A DNA stretch of 64,000 bases from a virus (taxonomy: Duplodnaviria > Caudoviricetes), in the IMG/VR virus record IMGVR_UViG_3300028624_000003, positions 128,001 through 192,000 of that record; one strand, given 5' to 3'. The position numbers were made by a program, and so were the translations under genes. Under the pieces are notes generated by a model that was given only the letters and a program-made list of their open reading frames with translations, did no database searches and had not been told where the DNA came from. This document shows, one piece after another, positions 1-10,499 of the stretch (its first letter is position 1; each line of letters opens with the position of its first letter).

Positions 1-61
1 CCCAGACTCTAATGGAAAGCAAACAATAATTACAATTGTGACCAAATAGGAGGACTTTGGC

Positions 62-1594
62 ATGTTTGGAAACCGAGACCTTGGTATGAGTCGTACTGTA
101 GGAGGTATGACTTATCGTACTGCAGATCAGAATGCGGTACTGTACCTTTTCCCGAGCCAGCAGTATCATGACGTAAACGTGCGTCCTTCTCTGTTCGAAT
201 TTTCCGGTCAGTTTGTAGAAGATATACAGACTCGACTGGAAGATGACTTATATCAGCGTGAACGCAGCATCAGCGGATACGTTGAGCCGAATTCTGTTCG
301 AACGATCCCCGGGCTGTCGTCGACTATCCGTCCGTCAGCCACCGCGAATTTGATCAGGACCCGGCACTTTGAAGATCTGTGGACTTTCCTTCTGGTAATC
401 GACAATCCGCAAATACGTGGATCTCGAGTACATGGCAGTTCCGCAAATGCACGTCTGGTATATGTAGGTTACGTTCTGTCTGATAGCCCCGTGGTTAATA
501 ACTACGGTCGTCAGGTGATAGACGAAAATGCAGTACTGATGCCCATGCATGAGCTCACTGGTACGATCAGATCATTTGCGGGTCCTGGGGGATCAAGAAA
601 CTCAATCATGATCGCCAAAGACACGGACCTCATCGTACCTGATGTACTTCTGCGTACGGTTGACGATAGTCCGTATCTTCTCGATCCCGCATCACTCATC
701 AGCGGGTACGGATCAGATGGTGACGGTGTTTCAGTGGAGACGGATTTCTACAGCCGTATCGAAGGAAGAGATCTGATCAAAACTGACCGTGAACTCAGAC
801 TTCCGACCAGGCAACTGGATGGACTCTACCGAGGTCTGAGACATCTTCATAACGTCAACAGCGGCGGAAGTAGCGCAAACGACATGCGCGATAGATTCCG
901 GATGAGCACCGGCGATACTGATCGTGCGCTGGTAAGAAGTGCAATGGAACGAAAGTCTGCTGATCTGGCAATAGGTCTCGAACTCAATCGCCAGATCACG
1001 CTCGGATCTTTGTTTGAATCGTATCCTTCACTGAGGAGAAATACCGAGGTCATGCAGATTCCTTCAGGGATCAACGTCGATCTTCAAGACCTCACGAACC
1101 CCACGATGACCAACATCTGGACGAACTTCGTGGAGTTCAACATTCCTCCGATTCTCACCAGCTACGGATTCTGCGATGCAGTATTTCGCTACTGCTCGTG
1201 CAATCCCCTGGCAACGAGTCATCTCGATGATAAACCAATTCTCGAGATCAGTGATCTGGGTACGTACATCGAAGAAACCAGCGACAGTATTCGTGCGAAG
1301 TGGGATACTTGCTACGATGCACTTGAGCGTGACATATTCTCAATCGTTCGTGAAGTCTGCGGCGAATTCGATTTGACCGTCAGACACTCGGCAAATAACT
1401 ACAGCTACTTCCAGCTACAACTGCTCGATGAGCCGACTCCTCGTGACGGCTATGCAGTTCATCATGGTGCCATGTCACCGCTGCTGACTCCTCTGATCGG
1501 CAACAGCAGACACCGTGAACACAATGGAAGGCAACTGGACACACTGATTCAATGCGTCTCCGTGATCGGTGACGACAACATATGGCGACGCTAG
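62..1594 (+). CDS. Probable non-virion RNA polymerase specificity subunit (phiKZ gp68-like)
   Basis: 510-aa ORF with AGGAGG RBS. Size and position at the head of the nvRNAP beta/beta'/helicase block match phiKZ gp68. Assigned mainly by synteny. Confidence 0.55.
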   Translation: MFGNRDLGMSRTVGGMTYRTADQNAVLYLFPSQQYHDVNVRPSLFEFSGQFVEDIQTRLEDDLYQRERSISGYVEPNSVRTIPGLSSTIRPSATANLIRTRHFEDLWTFLLVIDNPQIRGSRVHGSSANARLVYVGYVLSDSPVVNNYGRQVIDENAVLMPMHELTGTIRSFAGPGGSRNSIMIAKDTDLIVPDVLLRTVDDSPYLLDPASLISGYGSDGDGVSVETDFYSRIEGRDLIKTDRELRLPTRQLDGLYRGLRHLHNVNSGGSSANDMRDRFRMSTGDTDRALVRSAMERKSADLAIGLELNRQITLGSLFESYPSLRRNTEVMQIPSGINVDLQDLTNPTMTNIWTNFVEFNIPPILTSYGFCDAVFRYCSCNPLATSHLDDKPILEISDLGTYIEETSDSIRAKWDTCYDALERDIFSIVREVCGEFDLTVRHSANNYSYFQLQLLDEPTPRDGYAVHHGAMSPLLTPLIGNSRHREHNGRQLDTLIQCVSVIGDDNIWRR

Positions 1595-1604
1595 AGGAGT
1601 AAAC

Positions 1605-2939
1605 ATGCCTGAGTACACACAGAAAGACGTGCAGGCGATGATCACTGGGATGATCGAGTTCGGTGACCATCTGACTGTGGACGTGGATGGACAGGTTCAT
1701 TGGGTCTCATCCCCCAAGGAACCTATCAGTGTACCTGTATCGGATGGTGCCACGGGCATCATCTATACGTACACAACCAATCCGGGACATCCGGATGCAA
1801 TCATCATCAACCCGTTCGCCGAGGGTATCACTGCATCCGTGGACCGTAACTGGTTCTATCGGGTACAAAACGTGATACTCTCGCAGACGTTCGGGGAGAC
1901 CATGAAGTTCATCGTGGCTATGGCTGCGAACAAAGAACAGGTCTGCCCGTATCCGGAAATCCTTCCGTACACCAAAGCAATCGCGGACGGTGTGGACGAC
2001 AAGTCGGTGGGAGAAATCCAGTACATCCTCGAGAAGTGCAATGATGGGTTCTGCTCCATCTTCTACAACTCGACCAGCAAAGAATCGAAACTCATCCTCG
2101 GTATCGAAGATGAATCCAGGACGTACCAAAAGAGCGTACCGACGAGCAAAGTTCGCAAGAAGACTTGGACGATGCTGCAGAATCTCGTACGGGCAATCTT
2201 CGGTACCGAAGGACCTGTACCGGATACCTACAAGTCGGCTACGGCCGAACTGGTTTGCCCGCATTTCCGTACGTTCTGCGACGTGTGGTATCGTACATGG
2301 AAAGCGTTGGCACCCGCTGCAGATGTCATGTACCTTCACATAGCCGAAAACAGAGAACTCGATCTGGTGGGTGATCTGAAGAGACTGGAACCGCATTTCT
2401 CGAGGATCGATATCTACCACAAAATGTGCCAGTGGTCTTCTTCGGTCAGTCTCGGGAAGTCGGTGAAAGATGCGGTGGCCAAGCCTGTGGCTGTTCGTCA
2501 CACCGCACCCCCTCCACGTGATGCGCTTGAACGTGACGATCCACGAGAAACCGATCGTCTCGACGATCGTGATCGCGGACGTGATCGCTACGACGATCGA
2601 CGTGGGCGCGGATACGATGACCGAGATCGCGACTGGGATCGCGGCAATTATCGCAGAGACGTTTGGAGCAGTCGTGGCTCCTCTCCGCGTAACCGTGATG
2701 ACGAACCGTACCTCACGGAAGAAGAACGGCGGAGACTTGACTACGAAGATCGTCAAAGCCGATACGACTATGCTGACCGGTATGACAGAAATCGCAACGA
2801 CTACCGTGGTGGTCGCAGCGGGTATATTCGCGGCGATCGCGGCAGTGTCATGTCGGGAAGTGCCGATCCTTGGGATCAAGGTTACGGCGCAGCACGTGGC
2901 GGCCGACGTTCTGCTGGCTATCGTGGCGGGTACCGGTAA
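1605..2939 (+). CDS. Candidate PicA/Imp1-like phage-nucleus import protein (phiKZ gp69-like) with Arg/Asp/Gly-rich disordered C-terminus
   Basis: Directly follows the gp68-like gene. GAGGAG RBS favours ATG 1605. Globular N-terminal region of about 300 aa plus a low-complexity tail. Assigned by synteny. Confidence 0.5.
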   Translation: MPEYTQKDVQAMITGMIEFGDHLTVDVDGQVHWVSSPKEPISVPVSDGATGIIYTYTTNPGHPDAIIINPFAEGITASVDRNWFYRVQNVILSQTFGETMKFIVAMAANKEQVCPYPEILPYTKAIADGVDDKSVGEIQYILEKCNDGFCSIFYNSTSKESKLILGIEDESRTYQKSVPTSKVRKKTWTMLQNLVRAIFGTEGPVPDTYKSATAELVCPHFRTFCDVWYRTWKALAPAADVMYLHIAENRELDLVGDLKRLEPHFSRIDIYHKMCQWSSSVSLGKSVKDAVAKPVAVRHTAPPPRDALERDDPRETDRLDDRDRGRDRYDDRRGRGYDDRDRDWDRGNYRRDVWSSRGSSPRNRDDEPYLTEEERRRLDYEDRQSRYDYADRYDRNRNDYRGGRSGYIRGDRGSVMSGSADPWDQGYGAARGGRRSAGYRGGYR

Positions 2940-2948
2940 GGTACATAT

Positions 2949-2995
2949 GGCGGGAGAGTCTCCGATGAGACTCTCCCTGCCTTTTCTTTTTGTTT
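2949..2995 (+). terminator. Intrinsic terminator
   Basis: GGGAGAGTCTC-cgat-GAGACTCTCCC followed by a T-rich tract. Confidence 0.85.
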
Positions 2996-3026
2996 AGGGT
3001 AAACATCCTGTGAAAGGAGAAACAAC

Positions 3027-4157
3027 ATGCCAGGATATAACTCACCGGATGGTAACCAGTTCTCGGAATTTGTAGGTATTGTTGTAGCGGACAAACCTAC
3101 TGATTCCAGAATCATCAAAGTCTATCTCAAAGAACTTATACCTTTTGTGACGGGAAATGTCGCTGCAGTAGAAAAGAAGAAACAAGTAGGATCTGATCTT
3201 ACTGGTACCGTAGCGGTAGTGACCACGTCCAATTACGTAGAAGCTAAATACATTGGATCTCCTAACCGGAGGTACCCTCCAGACGTACGAAAAAATGAAC
3301 AAGTTAGAGTCTGGAAATACGCAGACGCTGATGAGTATTACTGGGATTCTCTCGGACGTGACGATAATCTGCGTGGACCTGAAAGATTGAATTTTTCTGT
3401 AAGTGGTGCAGCAGGACCAGTAGAAGCACTCACAGATGAGAATACATATTTCCTTGAACTGGATACTTTGCATAAGCGAAGAATTCTACTCAGGACCAGC
3501 AAAGCAAATGGCGAAAAGTATGCATATCTGATCATGCTCAATGCAGACAACAGCAAATTGGTAGTCTGTGACGACGCAGATAACGAGATACTGATTGAGT
3601 CTGAACTACCTCGCGTACGTCTTCGCAATCGTGACGGTAGTCTCATAGATCTCGCAGCTAAAAATATTCTATCTTCTGCACCAGAAGACTACTTGGTCTC
3701 TGCAGGACGACAAGTAGTGTACCAAACGCCACTGGTTAGCATGGCCAACAAAGGTGGCGATGGCGCAATGGTGTGGGATGCTAAGAACATGGCGATGAAC
3801 CTCTCTGATACTTTCACGGTAAATTCGCCGTGTATCGGCTTGAATGGTGCAGCACATACTGACACACTAGTAGCCACACATGTACAATCCAGTGGGTATT
3901 CCACAGGAAATCCTGGGAGTCCTTACGAATCCACAGAAATCGATGTGGAGCAAGGTACTGGTACAGTCCCAGGGAATAGTCCTAACCGCGGTGGAGGTGG
4001 TGCAGATAACAGACACTGTGCCGCCTGGGAGCAAGTGAGTGAAGCTCTATTTCTGATCGCGGAGTGCTTGGAGAACTCGCAAGAAGGATGTCCCAATGCT
4101 GTAGCGATTCGCTCATTGGCAACTGCATCCAAAATGATGAAGAACCGAGGTGAATAG
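3027..4157 (+). CDS. Conserved jumbo-phage protein, possibly spike/baseplate-like (OB-fold plus beta-rich region)
   Basis: 376 aa, AAGGAG RBS. PDVRKNEQVRVWKY..D.YYW segment followed by short beta-strand-like repeats. Confidence 0.45.
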   Translation: MPGYNSPDGNQFSEFVGIVVADKPTDSRIIKVYLKELIPFVTGNVAAVEKKKQVGSDLTGTVAVVTTSNYVEAKYIGSPNRRYPPDVRKNEQVRVWKYADADEYYWDSLGRDDNLRGPERLNFSVSGAAGPVEALTDENTYFLELDTLHKRRILLRTSKANGEKYAYLIMLNADNSKLVVCDDADNEILIESELPRVRLRNRDGSLIDLAAKNILSSAPEDYLVSAGRQVVYQTPLVSMANKGGDGAMVWDAKNMAMNLSDTFTVNSPCIGLNGAAHTDTLVATHVQSSGYSTGNPGSPYESTEIDVEQGTGTVPGNSPNRGGGGADNRHCAAWEQVSEALFLIAECLENSQEGCPNAVAIRSLATASKMMKNRGE

Positions 4158-4158
4158 C

Positions 4159-4752
4159 ATGTCTGAATTGAATATCGATGGAGTATCCCGAATATTTGAA
4201 ATAGTTACCAAAAATGAACCATCTGATTCATTTTTCGGGAATCTGTTTTCAGAAAAACAGTCAGTCAAGTATAGTGCACCACTGAACTACCCTCAGTACA
4301 CTCACGCCTATTACTTGGAAGAACTCCTACTCGTGAAAGAACAACTGACTTCGTTCGCTGGAAAAGAAATGAAGATTGCTGAGGCGATTGATTCTCCGAT
4401 GTTTTTTAGCGAAGTAGAAAAGATGCTTGTGTCCGAATTACTCAAAGGAGACAACATCGAACTGACACACAGACTACTTCGAAACATCGAGATCTTTGGC
4501 ATCTCCAATCGATTTGAAGCGTTACTCGGTCGTCTGACCGTCACCATAGATCCGCAGATGCTTAAAATCGTTCGTGGTCGGATATACTACACAGTGTGCG
4601 AATTGTCTACGCTGTACAAAGTTGTACCTGTCACTAACTTCAAAAAGAAAGAAGTGCGGTACCAGGTAGAATGTCCGATACTGTTGGAACTTATCGAGAT
4701 GTATCCGTATCTTTGGCTTTTTTACATGCTGGTGATTCTACTGGACGAATAA
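4159..4752 (+). CDS. Hypothetical protein
   Basis: ORF coupled to the upstream gene; GAGGTG RBS before ATG 4159. Confidence 0.7.
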   Translation: MSELNIDGVSRIFEIVTKNEPSDSFFGNLFSEKQSVKYSAPLNYPQYTHAYYLEELLLVKEQLTSFAGKEMKIAEAIDSPMFFSEVEKMLVSELLKGDNIELTHRLLRNIEIFGISNRFEALLGRLTVTIDPQMLKIVRGRIYYTVCELSTLYKVVPVTNFKKKEVRYQVECPILLELIEMYPYLWLFYMLVILLDE

Positions 4753-4757
4753 GGATA

Positions 4758-4787
4758 GACTGGAGACACCCTGCGGTGTCTCCAGTC
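4758..4787. terminator. Hairpin between convergent genes (probable bidirectional terminator)
   Basis: GACTGGAGACACC-ctgc-GGTGTCTCCAGTC, perfect 13-bp stem. Confidence 0.75.
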
Positions 4788-4798
4788 ATACGCTTGAG

Positions 4799-5146
4799 CT
4801 AAAGCGAGTTCTGCGCAAGGACCTGTCGGTATGTCTTGAACTGTTCCCGAAGAAACGAGATAGTTTTTACTTCTGGAAAGATCATTTTCGACGCAGGTAT
4901 GAAATCCTCGTCACCAAAAATTCCATTCAACCAGAGGAATATCCAAGATAGACTTCTGGGGTACCGCATGCGCTCGAGGAGGTCTTCTGATCTATTTTCA
5001 TACATCACGATGATATCATCTGTAAGTTCAAGAATTGAGGCTTCGGACAATATGGCAGCGCGATGATCTTCCAGGAATAATGCCCACTCAGGATCAGTAT
5101 CTTCAAATTCTGGGAAATCCCGGTTGATTAGGTCGATAACGGTCAT
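4799..5146 (-). CDS. Hypothetical protein
   Basis: AAAGGGG RBS before ATG at 5146; fills the gap between the hairpin and the divergent promoter. Confidence 0.7.
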   Translation of the reverse strand: MTVIDLINRDFPEFEDTDPEWALFLEDHRAAILSEASILELTDDIIVMYENRSEDLLERMRYPRSLSWIFLWLNGIFGDEDFIPASKMIFPEVKTISFLREQFKTYRQVLAQNSL

Positions 5147-5181
5147 GTTAGTCCCCTTTACGCCCAGCAAATGTGTGGGCA

Positions 5182-5197
5182 TATATTACTAATTTGC
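5182..5197 (+). promoter_or_regulatory. phiKZ-type early promoter (TATATTAC-N5-TG)
   Basis: TATATTAC taatt TGC upstream of the nvRNAP beta gene; motif recurs about 10 times in intergenic positions. Confidence 0.7.
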
Positions 5198-5234
5198 AGA
5201 CCCATAGTATCAACTTCTACGATAGGAGAAGAAG

Positions 5235-7406
5235 ATGTCTTACGGTGAAATACCCAAGCCGGAATATTGGGAAGAAGCGGTAAAACAATATCCGCTTCTG
5301 AAAGATCTATCACTGGATCCCCGGCTTCTGGGCACCAAAGCAAATTTGTGCCCATTTCCCCAGCACAACACATCTCAGCGCATGTCGATGTTCTCCAGTA
5401 ACATCGTACAGGCTCCCATTCCTGAAGGAGCGGAAATTCCCGCAGTATGCTCCGGTTTTGAGCGGCACTTCATGGACTATACGTTCAATGACACGAGAAT
5501 GACTCAGGCTGGTACTACCATTGCCTACATCCAGAAGTATCGTACTCACGTAGGACAAGATCCTATCAAGTTTTCTCCGTCTGCTGTACTGGTATACATC
5601 GGTGATGAAGACGGTCTCGTCCACTGCATGGAAATTACCAGATATACGAAATGCTCGGACGGTTTTGGTTATCCGAACGTAGTCAAGGAACAATTGCTCC
5701 GGGAAGGTATCGGGATTCCTGCAGGAACTGTGATTGCGCATTCTCCTGCGGTACAGAACTCGAAGTATTGCCTCGGGGTAAACGCTAACGTCTGCTACAT
5801 GTCTGCAAAGGAGACAGTAGAAGACGCATTCGTCATCTCTGACGAATTAGCACGGAAGTTCAAATCCACTGGCATACGTACGCTGGTGATAGATATTGAC
5901 AAAAACATGGTTCCCCTGAACCTGTACTCCGAAGACAATATCGACTACAAGTTCATGCCAGATCTGCACGAACGTGTACGTGACGATGGAATCATTTGCG
6001 CATTCCGTACAGTGGATGATGCATCGATGATCGGTGACATGACAGATCGTGCACTGTGCCAGCCACAACATCCGCACGACGAAGTCAAGTTTGCAGAAGC
6101 TGGAGCGGTCATCATCGACATTGATGTATTCCGCAACGGAAGTGGCAGATCTCCTCAGTACAAGACACCTCCGCACATGTTCGCTCAGCTTGACAAGTAC
6201 ATCTCGAATGGTCTCGACTTCCATCGCAAGGTGGTTGACGTATATCACTCGGAATGCGTCAAGAAAGGACGCGATCCTGCACCTGAGTTTGTATCTCTGG
6301 TCACCAGATCGATGAGCATACTGGCTGCCGCAGGTAACTCTGAAGACAGATCCAGGACTCCTCTGCGAACTGCACCCAAGTTCTCCTTTAAAGGAGAACA
6401 GATCAAGTTTATCCGCATGGTGATCACTTACAAGTATGACAACACTGTATCTCTCGGCCACAAGACTTCTGGACGAGAAGGCGCCAAAGGCGTCATCAGT
6501 GCAATCGTACCGAAGAAGCACATGCCGGTGGATGGGTACGGTAACGTAGCAGATATCGTGATCTCTTCGGAGACACCTATCAACCGTATGAACTACGGTC
6601 AGCTCTACGAACAGCACATCAACTTCATCGCCAATCGGGTACTGGCAAAGTACTCACGTGAAGCGTATGAAGAGCGTCAGCGCATGGATGGACTGATCGA
6701 GTTCTATGCTGACGTCAACCCGTCATTCGCTGACATCGTTGCAAATAACGTAGAGACTCCTCGTAGGGTATATACGTATCTTCGTGAGCTGGATCGTCGT
6801 GGGTGGCCGGTAATCGTGGCACCTCCTGGACTAGATCGATTGCGTCCTAGCTGGGTACTATTCATGCAGAATAAGTATCAGGCAATACCCACTCCTGTCA
6901 GCTTCGATCTGTTGAGATTCAGAAGTGGTGGTGATCCTGAAGTTATTCGTCGGGTGCACACATATCGCCCGGTGATGATTGCCAAAAAGTATATCTACAT
7001 CCTCTGCAAAATTCCGCATGCCAGATCGTGTGGTATGACTTACGTCAACCAGATCGGGGCACCCGTACGATCGAAAGCAAAGGCGCAATCTCCTCTTGGT
7101 CTGGTACCTATCAGGATAGGAGAAGACGAAAATCGAAATCTTGCTATGGCGCTCGGTAATAAGCTGGCATACCGGCTTCTGTCGCTTTATGCTAACTCTC
7201 CGACCGCAACAGACGAACTGGCTTTTCAACTTCTCACGTCATCCAAACCTACAAGGTTGGATTGGCTAGACATGAATGATGAGTTGATCTCACGACACAA
7301 CGTCATGGGTACAATATCTCGTCACATGCTAGCCACTTGCGGTATCGATATTTCTCCGGAAAACACGATGCTCCGTAAGGACGAAGAAGCGAGGTTCCGC
7401 AGATGA
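5235..7406 (+). CDS. Non-virion RNA polymerase beta subunit, C-terminal part (phiKZ gp71-73-like)
   Basis: SQRMSMFSSNIVQA, VEDA, GHKTSGREGAKGVI, NRMNYGQLYE and PIRIGEDE correspond to conserved RpoB motifs. Confidence 0.9.
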   Translation: MSYGEIPKPEYWEEAVKQYPLLKDLSLDPRLLGTKANLCPFPQHNTSQRMSMFSSNIVQAPIPEGAEIPAVCSGFERHFMDYTFNDTRMTQAGTTIAYIQKYRTHVGQDPIKFSPSAVLVYIGDEDGLVHCMEITRYTKCSDGFGYPNVVKEQLLREGIGIPAGTVIAHSPAVQNSKYCLGVNANVCYMSAKETVEDAFVISDELARKFKSTGIRTLVIDIDKNMVPLNLYSEDNIDYKFMPDLHERVRDDGIICAFRTVDDASMIGDMTDRALCQPQHPHDEVKFAEAGAVIIDIDVFRNGSGRSPQYKTPPHMFAQLDKYISNGLDFHRKVVDVYHSECVKKGRDPAPEFVSLVTRSMSILAAAGNSEDRSRTPLRTAPKFSFKGEQIKFIRMVITYKYDNTVSLGHKTSGREGAKGVISAIVPKKHMPVDGYGNVADIVISSETPINRMNYGQLYEQHINFIANRVLAKYSREAYEERQRMDGLIEFYADVNPSFADIVANNVETPRRVYTYLRELDRRGWPVIVAPPGLDRLRPSWVLFMQNKYQAIPTPVSFDLLRFRSGGDPEVIRRVHTYRPVMIAKKYIYILCKIPHARSCGMTYVNQIGAPVRSKAKAQSPLGLVPIRIGEDENRNLAMALGNKLAYRLLSLYANSPTATDELAFQLLTSSKPTRLDWLDMNDELISRHNVMGTISRHMLATCGIDISPENTMLRKDEEARFRR

Positions 7407-9388
7407 TTATTCGTCAAGAAGACATGACGTACGAGATGGCTAAACGCATAGTCGAACGCGACAGAAACCCTCAAGGATGGGTTGATGTAGATTTCGTCGA
7501 TGGCGTACGTGACCACCTCGTTCAGCAAGTAGTCATACATCTCCCCATTTGGGAAATCTACCGTAAACTGGGAATACCAGTAAGACAAGCGCACTTTTTC
7601 GACTTCAAGTCGTTTAGCAAAAGTGTTTGGCAGCACCTACTCACCATGGTGTATACCGAATACTATCTGACAGCACCAGATACTGAACTGGACACATTCG
7701 CTCAGTATATTTGGGAAGCTACGAACTACATCGACGAGTTTGGTACAACCGAACTCGCAGAGCATCAGTGCAGCATATCCATCGTGGACTTGGCTGAGAT
7801 CATCGATGATCCAGTAGTCAAGACCATAATCGATGGAGTCAATCTGGACACGAGGTTCGGTACCAACTTGGTTGAGCAGAGCATCACCTCCGCTCGAGAC
7901 AAGTTATGCAAAGTACTTAGTACCAGAGGAGCTGTCAAAAATCAGGCACTCCTCTACTGGCAGCAGGCAGGATTGTTGAATCCTAACCAGCTCCAACAAA
8001 GTCTACTTGCGCTTGGTCTTCGTACAGAAATCAACGACCGAGTAATCCAGCGTCCAGTCTACGGATCTGCAGCCTCAGGTATGCGAGATATCGTAGACAT
8101 GGCGATCGAGCAGCAAGCAGGTAGAAAAGCTGCATCGATGAACCACGAAGCTATCCAGACTTCACAGTACTGGGGACGCAAAGCACACATTCTCGTATCC
8201 GCATTGCGCAAAACGTACTACACCGATTGTGGTGCACACAAGACGATTGTGCAGCACATCTCAGCCAGTAACGCTAAGAACTATATCGGCAAGTTCATCC
8301 GTCAGAACGATGGAAGTTTTGTGCCTCTCACACACAGGAACATCGGCCAGTTCGTCGACAGTAATGTCGATATGGTGACAGTCGGTGGATGCCGTCACAC
8401 AGATGGAGTATGTGCAGTATGCGGTGGCTTGCTGCTCAGAAACATTTCGGTCAGTGGCTTCACTGTGAAGTATCCTAAGTTCTTGTGTGGTTTCGACTAT
8501 GACGAGAGTGATGGTATCAACATCGGCATCAACTCTGCAGCTGAAACAGTCTCGCAGATTTCGCAGATGATCCTGTCCACCAAGCACCTGATTCGAACTT
8601 TGTCGCAGGTATATGTCGTACCTAACGAAGCCCTGCATTTGTTCGTCAGGACCGCACACGGAATAAACCTAACTCCTCAGTTCAGAAAGAGTGGAAATTG
8701 GAAACTCGGTGTGTACACCGAAGACATGTATGGAGCGCAGACAGACCTACTCGAGCTTACCGAAGAGACTACAATCTCTGAGGAACGATTCAGTAGTATC
8801 TCTTCGCTTCTCGTGAAAGATGCAGAAGGAATAATTTCCGAGGTTCCGCTCGTAGTCGAAGGCCAAAAGCCATTCTTCTCGATGGAGTTCCTCCTGTACA
8901 TGAAGGATCATTACACCGAACTTGAACTCGATGATAACGTGCTCTGGATCCCCATGGAGGGTATTCCCGATCTACCAGTTCTTCGAGCTGCGATCGTGAA
9001 TGACTCCACGTATGCGTACGTTTTGTCGATCATCAAGTTCCTTGAGAGCAAAATCCTCTCCAACTATACTTCGTTCGATAAAGCGCTCAATCACTTTGCC
9101 GAACTGGTATGGTCGAAGGTACCCAAAGTCAATATCATGCATCTCGAGATCATGTTGCGTGCTCACATGGTCGGTGGAGTAGATGACTGGGACATACCTG
9201 TGGTCGATGATTTGAATCGCGTAACTTTTGCCAGTTCAAAAGACGTGATACATAATCGCAACTACTCGGGTCAGTTCTCATTCGAAGAGCACAAACGTAG
9301 ATTCGCAGACCCCAAGATGTATCTCATCCCGAGATCTCAAGGTGTGTTTGACAGAAACTACGGTATATGTGGTGACTGGAAACGATAG
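7403..9388 (+). CDS. Non-virion RNA polymerase beta' subunit, C-terminal part (phiKZ gp74-like)
   Basis: Bridge-helix-like TSQYWGRK, Cys cluster DCG..CRH..GVCAVCGG, trigger-loop-like QMILSTKH; ATGA overlap with the beta gene. Confidence 0.88.
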   Translation: MIIRQEDMTYEMAKRIVERDRNPQGWVDVDFVDGVRDHLVQQVVIHLPIWEIYRKLGIPVRQAHFFDFKSFSKSVWQHLLTMVYTEYYLTAPDTELDTFAQYIWEATNYIDEFGTTELAEHQCSISIVDLAEIIDDPVVKTIIDGVNLDTRFGTNLVEQSITSARDKLCKVLSTRGAVKNQALLYWQQAGLLNPNQLQQSLLALGLRTEINDRVIQRPVYGSAASGMRDIVDMAIEQQAGRKAASMNHEAIQTSQYWGRKAHILVSALRKTYYTDCGAHKTIVQHISASNAKNYIGKFIRQNDGSFVPLTHRNIGQFVDSNVDMVTVGGCRHTDGVCAVCGGLLLRNISVSGFTVKYPKFLCGFDYDESDGINIGINSAAETVSQISQMILSTKHLIRTLSQVYVVPNEALHLFVRTAHGINLTPQFRKSGNWKLGVYTEDMYGAQTDLLELTEETTISEERFSSISSLLVKDAEGIISEVPLVVEGQKPFFSMEFLLYMKDHYTELELDDNVLWIPMEGIPDLPVLRAAIVNDSTYAYVLSIIKFLESKILSNYTSFDKALNHFAELVWSKVPKVNIMHLEIMLRAHMVGGVDDWDIPVVDDLNRVTFASSKDVIHNRNYSGQFSFEEHKRRFADPKMYLIPRSQGVFDRNYGICGDWKR

Positions 9389-9395
9389 TTAACAT

Positions 9396-9422
9396 GGAGG
9401 GGTAAACCACTTACCCCTCCTT
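9396..9422 (+). terminator. Hairpin/terminator
   Basis: GGAGGGGTAA-accac-TTACCCCTCC. Confidence 0.65.
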
Positions 9423-9441
9423 AATCGAAGGAGATTCTGCC

Positions 9442-9903
9442 ATGTCCAAAAAGTATTGTCTCGGTGTCAATCTCGTGGTGATGGAACCCAAGAACCACCC
9501 CACCTCAGGTGCCGAGGGTTTTTCTGTCACCTACCCTGATGGCTATGTGTCATGGATCCCCAAAGAAGCAAAGGAGTCCAGATACATCGAACTGGAGACG
9601 ACTCCGGAAGAAGCCGAACGTGATGAACTCGGTATTCGCCACGCAGATATCGAGAACTTCATTCTCGATGAATCTTCCGAGCTGAAGCAGGTTACGTACA
9701 ATGGGGAACATGTGAAGCGCAATCTGGTATCGACTGCGGTTCTCGCCAACGGATTCGTCATCACAAATGGCTCCACCAGCGTGAACGATCGTAAGTTTGA
9801 CGAAGAGATCGGTCGAGTGGTCTGCCACGAAGCCGCGCTCAATAAGGTGTGGGAATATCTTGGATTTCTTCTCCAGTGGGGCGTAAACGGTCTCAAGAGG
9901 TAG
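9442..9903 (+). CDS. Phage Gp49-family protein
   Basis: YPDGYVSWIPKE and LANGFVI..GS..V....FDEEIGR..C....LNKVWEYLGFLLQ signatures. Confidence 0.75.
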   Translation: MSKKYCLGVNLVVMEPKNHPTSGAEGFSVTYPDGYVSWIPKEAKESRYIELETTPEEAERDELGIRHADIENFILDESSELKQVTYNGEHVKRNLVSTAVLANGFVITNGSTSVNDRKFDEEIGRVVCHEAALNKVWEYLGFLLQWGVNGLKR

Positions 9904-9909
9904 AACGTC

Positions 9910-10461
9910 ATGCCGTACACGCTTCAGTTCGAAGAGCTTGATGAAAACGGTGAAGTTATCAAGCCTGACACTCAGCCAAGTGACAATTTGGCAGATCTTG
10001 AACTCACCGATCTGGAGTTGATCCCGGGAATGACAATTCACACAGGTCCTTCCGGGGACTTGCTCAATGATCCTATCACGGATCCTCGTACCGGTGTTTA
10101 TCACGGGGTTCGGTGGAACGAGGATGTGCAGGCGACCGACGAAGAACTTAAGGAAGCCGGCATCGTGGATGAGACTGCAACCGGTCCTGTGACGATGCAA
10201 CTAGGACTTCGGATATACGAGATACCTGCTCAGCTCTATCCGATCTCCTCGAATATACCGATGCCGGAAATGACCGAAGCAGAAATGCTTGAGTTCTCGC
10301 AACTCTCCACGCAATGGAATACGTACGTCAGCTATCGTAAAAGAGGACTGGCTACGCACGATGGTGCGGTCCATCCTTATTTTTCGATACAGACAGTCAC
10401 CGAGCTGCTCGACAGAATATCCGAGCTACTCGATGTTGTTGTTCCTAGCCGACCCATCTGA
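9910..10461 (+). CDS. Hypothetical acidic protein
   Basis: 183-aa ORF, GAGG RBS, ends before a hairpin. Confidence 0.7.
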   Translation: MPYTLQFEELDENGEVIKPDTQPSDNLADLELTDLELIPGMTIHTGPSGDLLNDPITDPRTGVYHGVRWNEDVQATDEELKEAGIVDETATGPVTMQLGLRIYEIPAQLYPISSNIPMPEMTEAEMLEFSQLSTQWNTYVSYRKRGLATHDGAVHPYFSIQTVTELLDRISELLDVVVPSRPI

Positions 10462-10469
10462 TTCAAACT

Positions 10470-10499
10470 GAGGGTAGACCCCACTCAGGGCCTACCCTC
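10470..10499 (+). terminator. Hairpin/terminator
   Basis: GAGGGTAGaCCC-cactca-GGGcCTACCCTC. Confidence 0.6.

Noticed and set aside
1707-2879. 390-aa antisense ORF (similar shadows at 5847-6617, 17716-18594, 19951-20949, 34450-35313)
   Set aside because: Shadow frames of real genes with no recognisable protein features.
5235-7406. Intron or intein in the nvRNAP beta gene, as in phiKZ gp71-73
   Set aside because: The ORF is continuous and of the expected length, with no splicing motifs.
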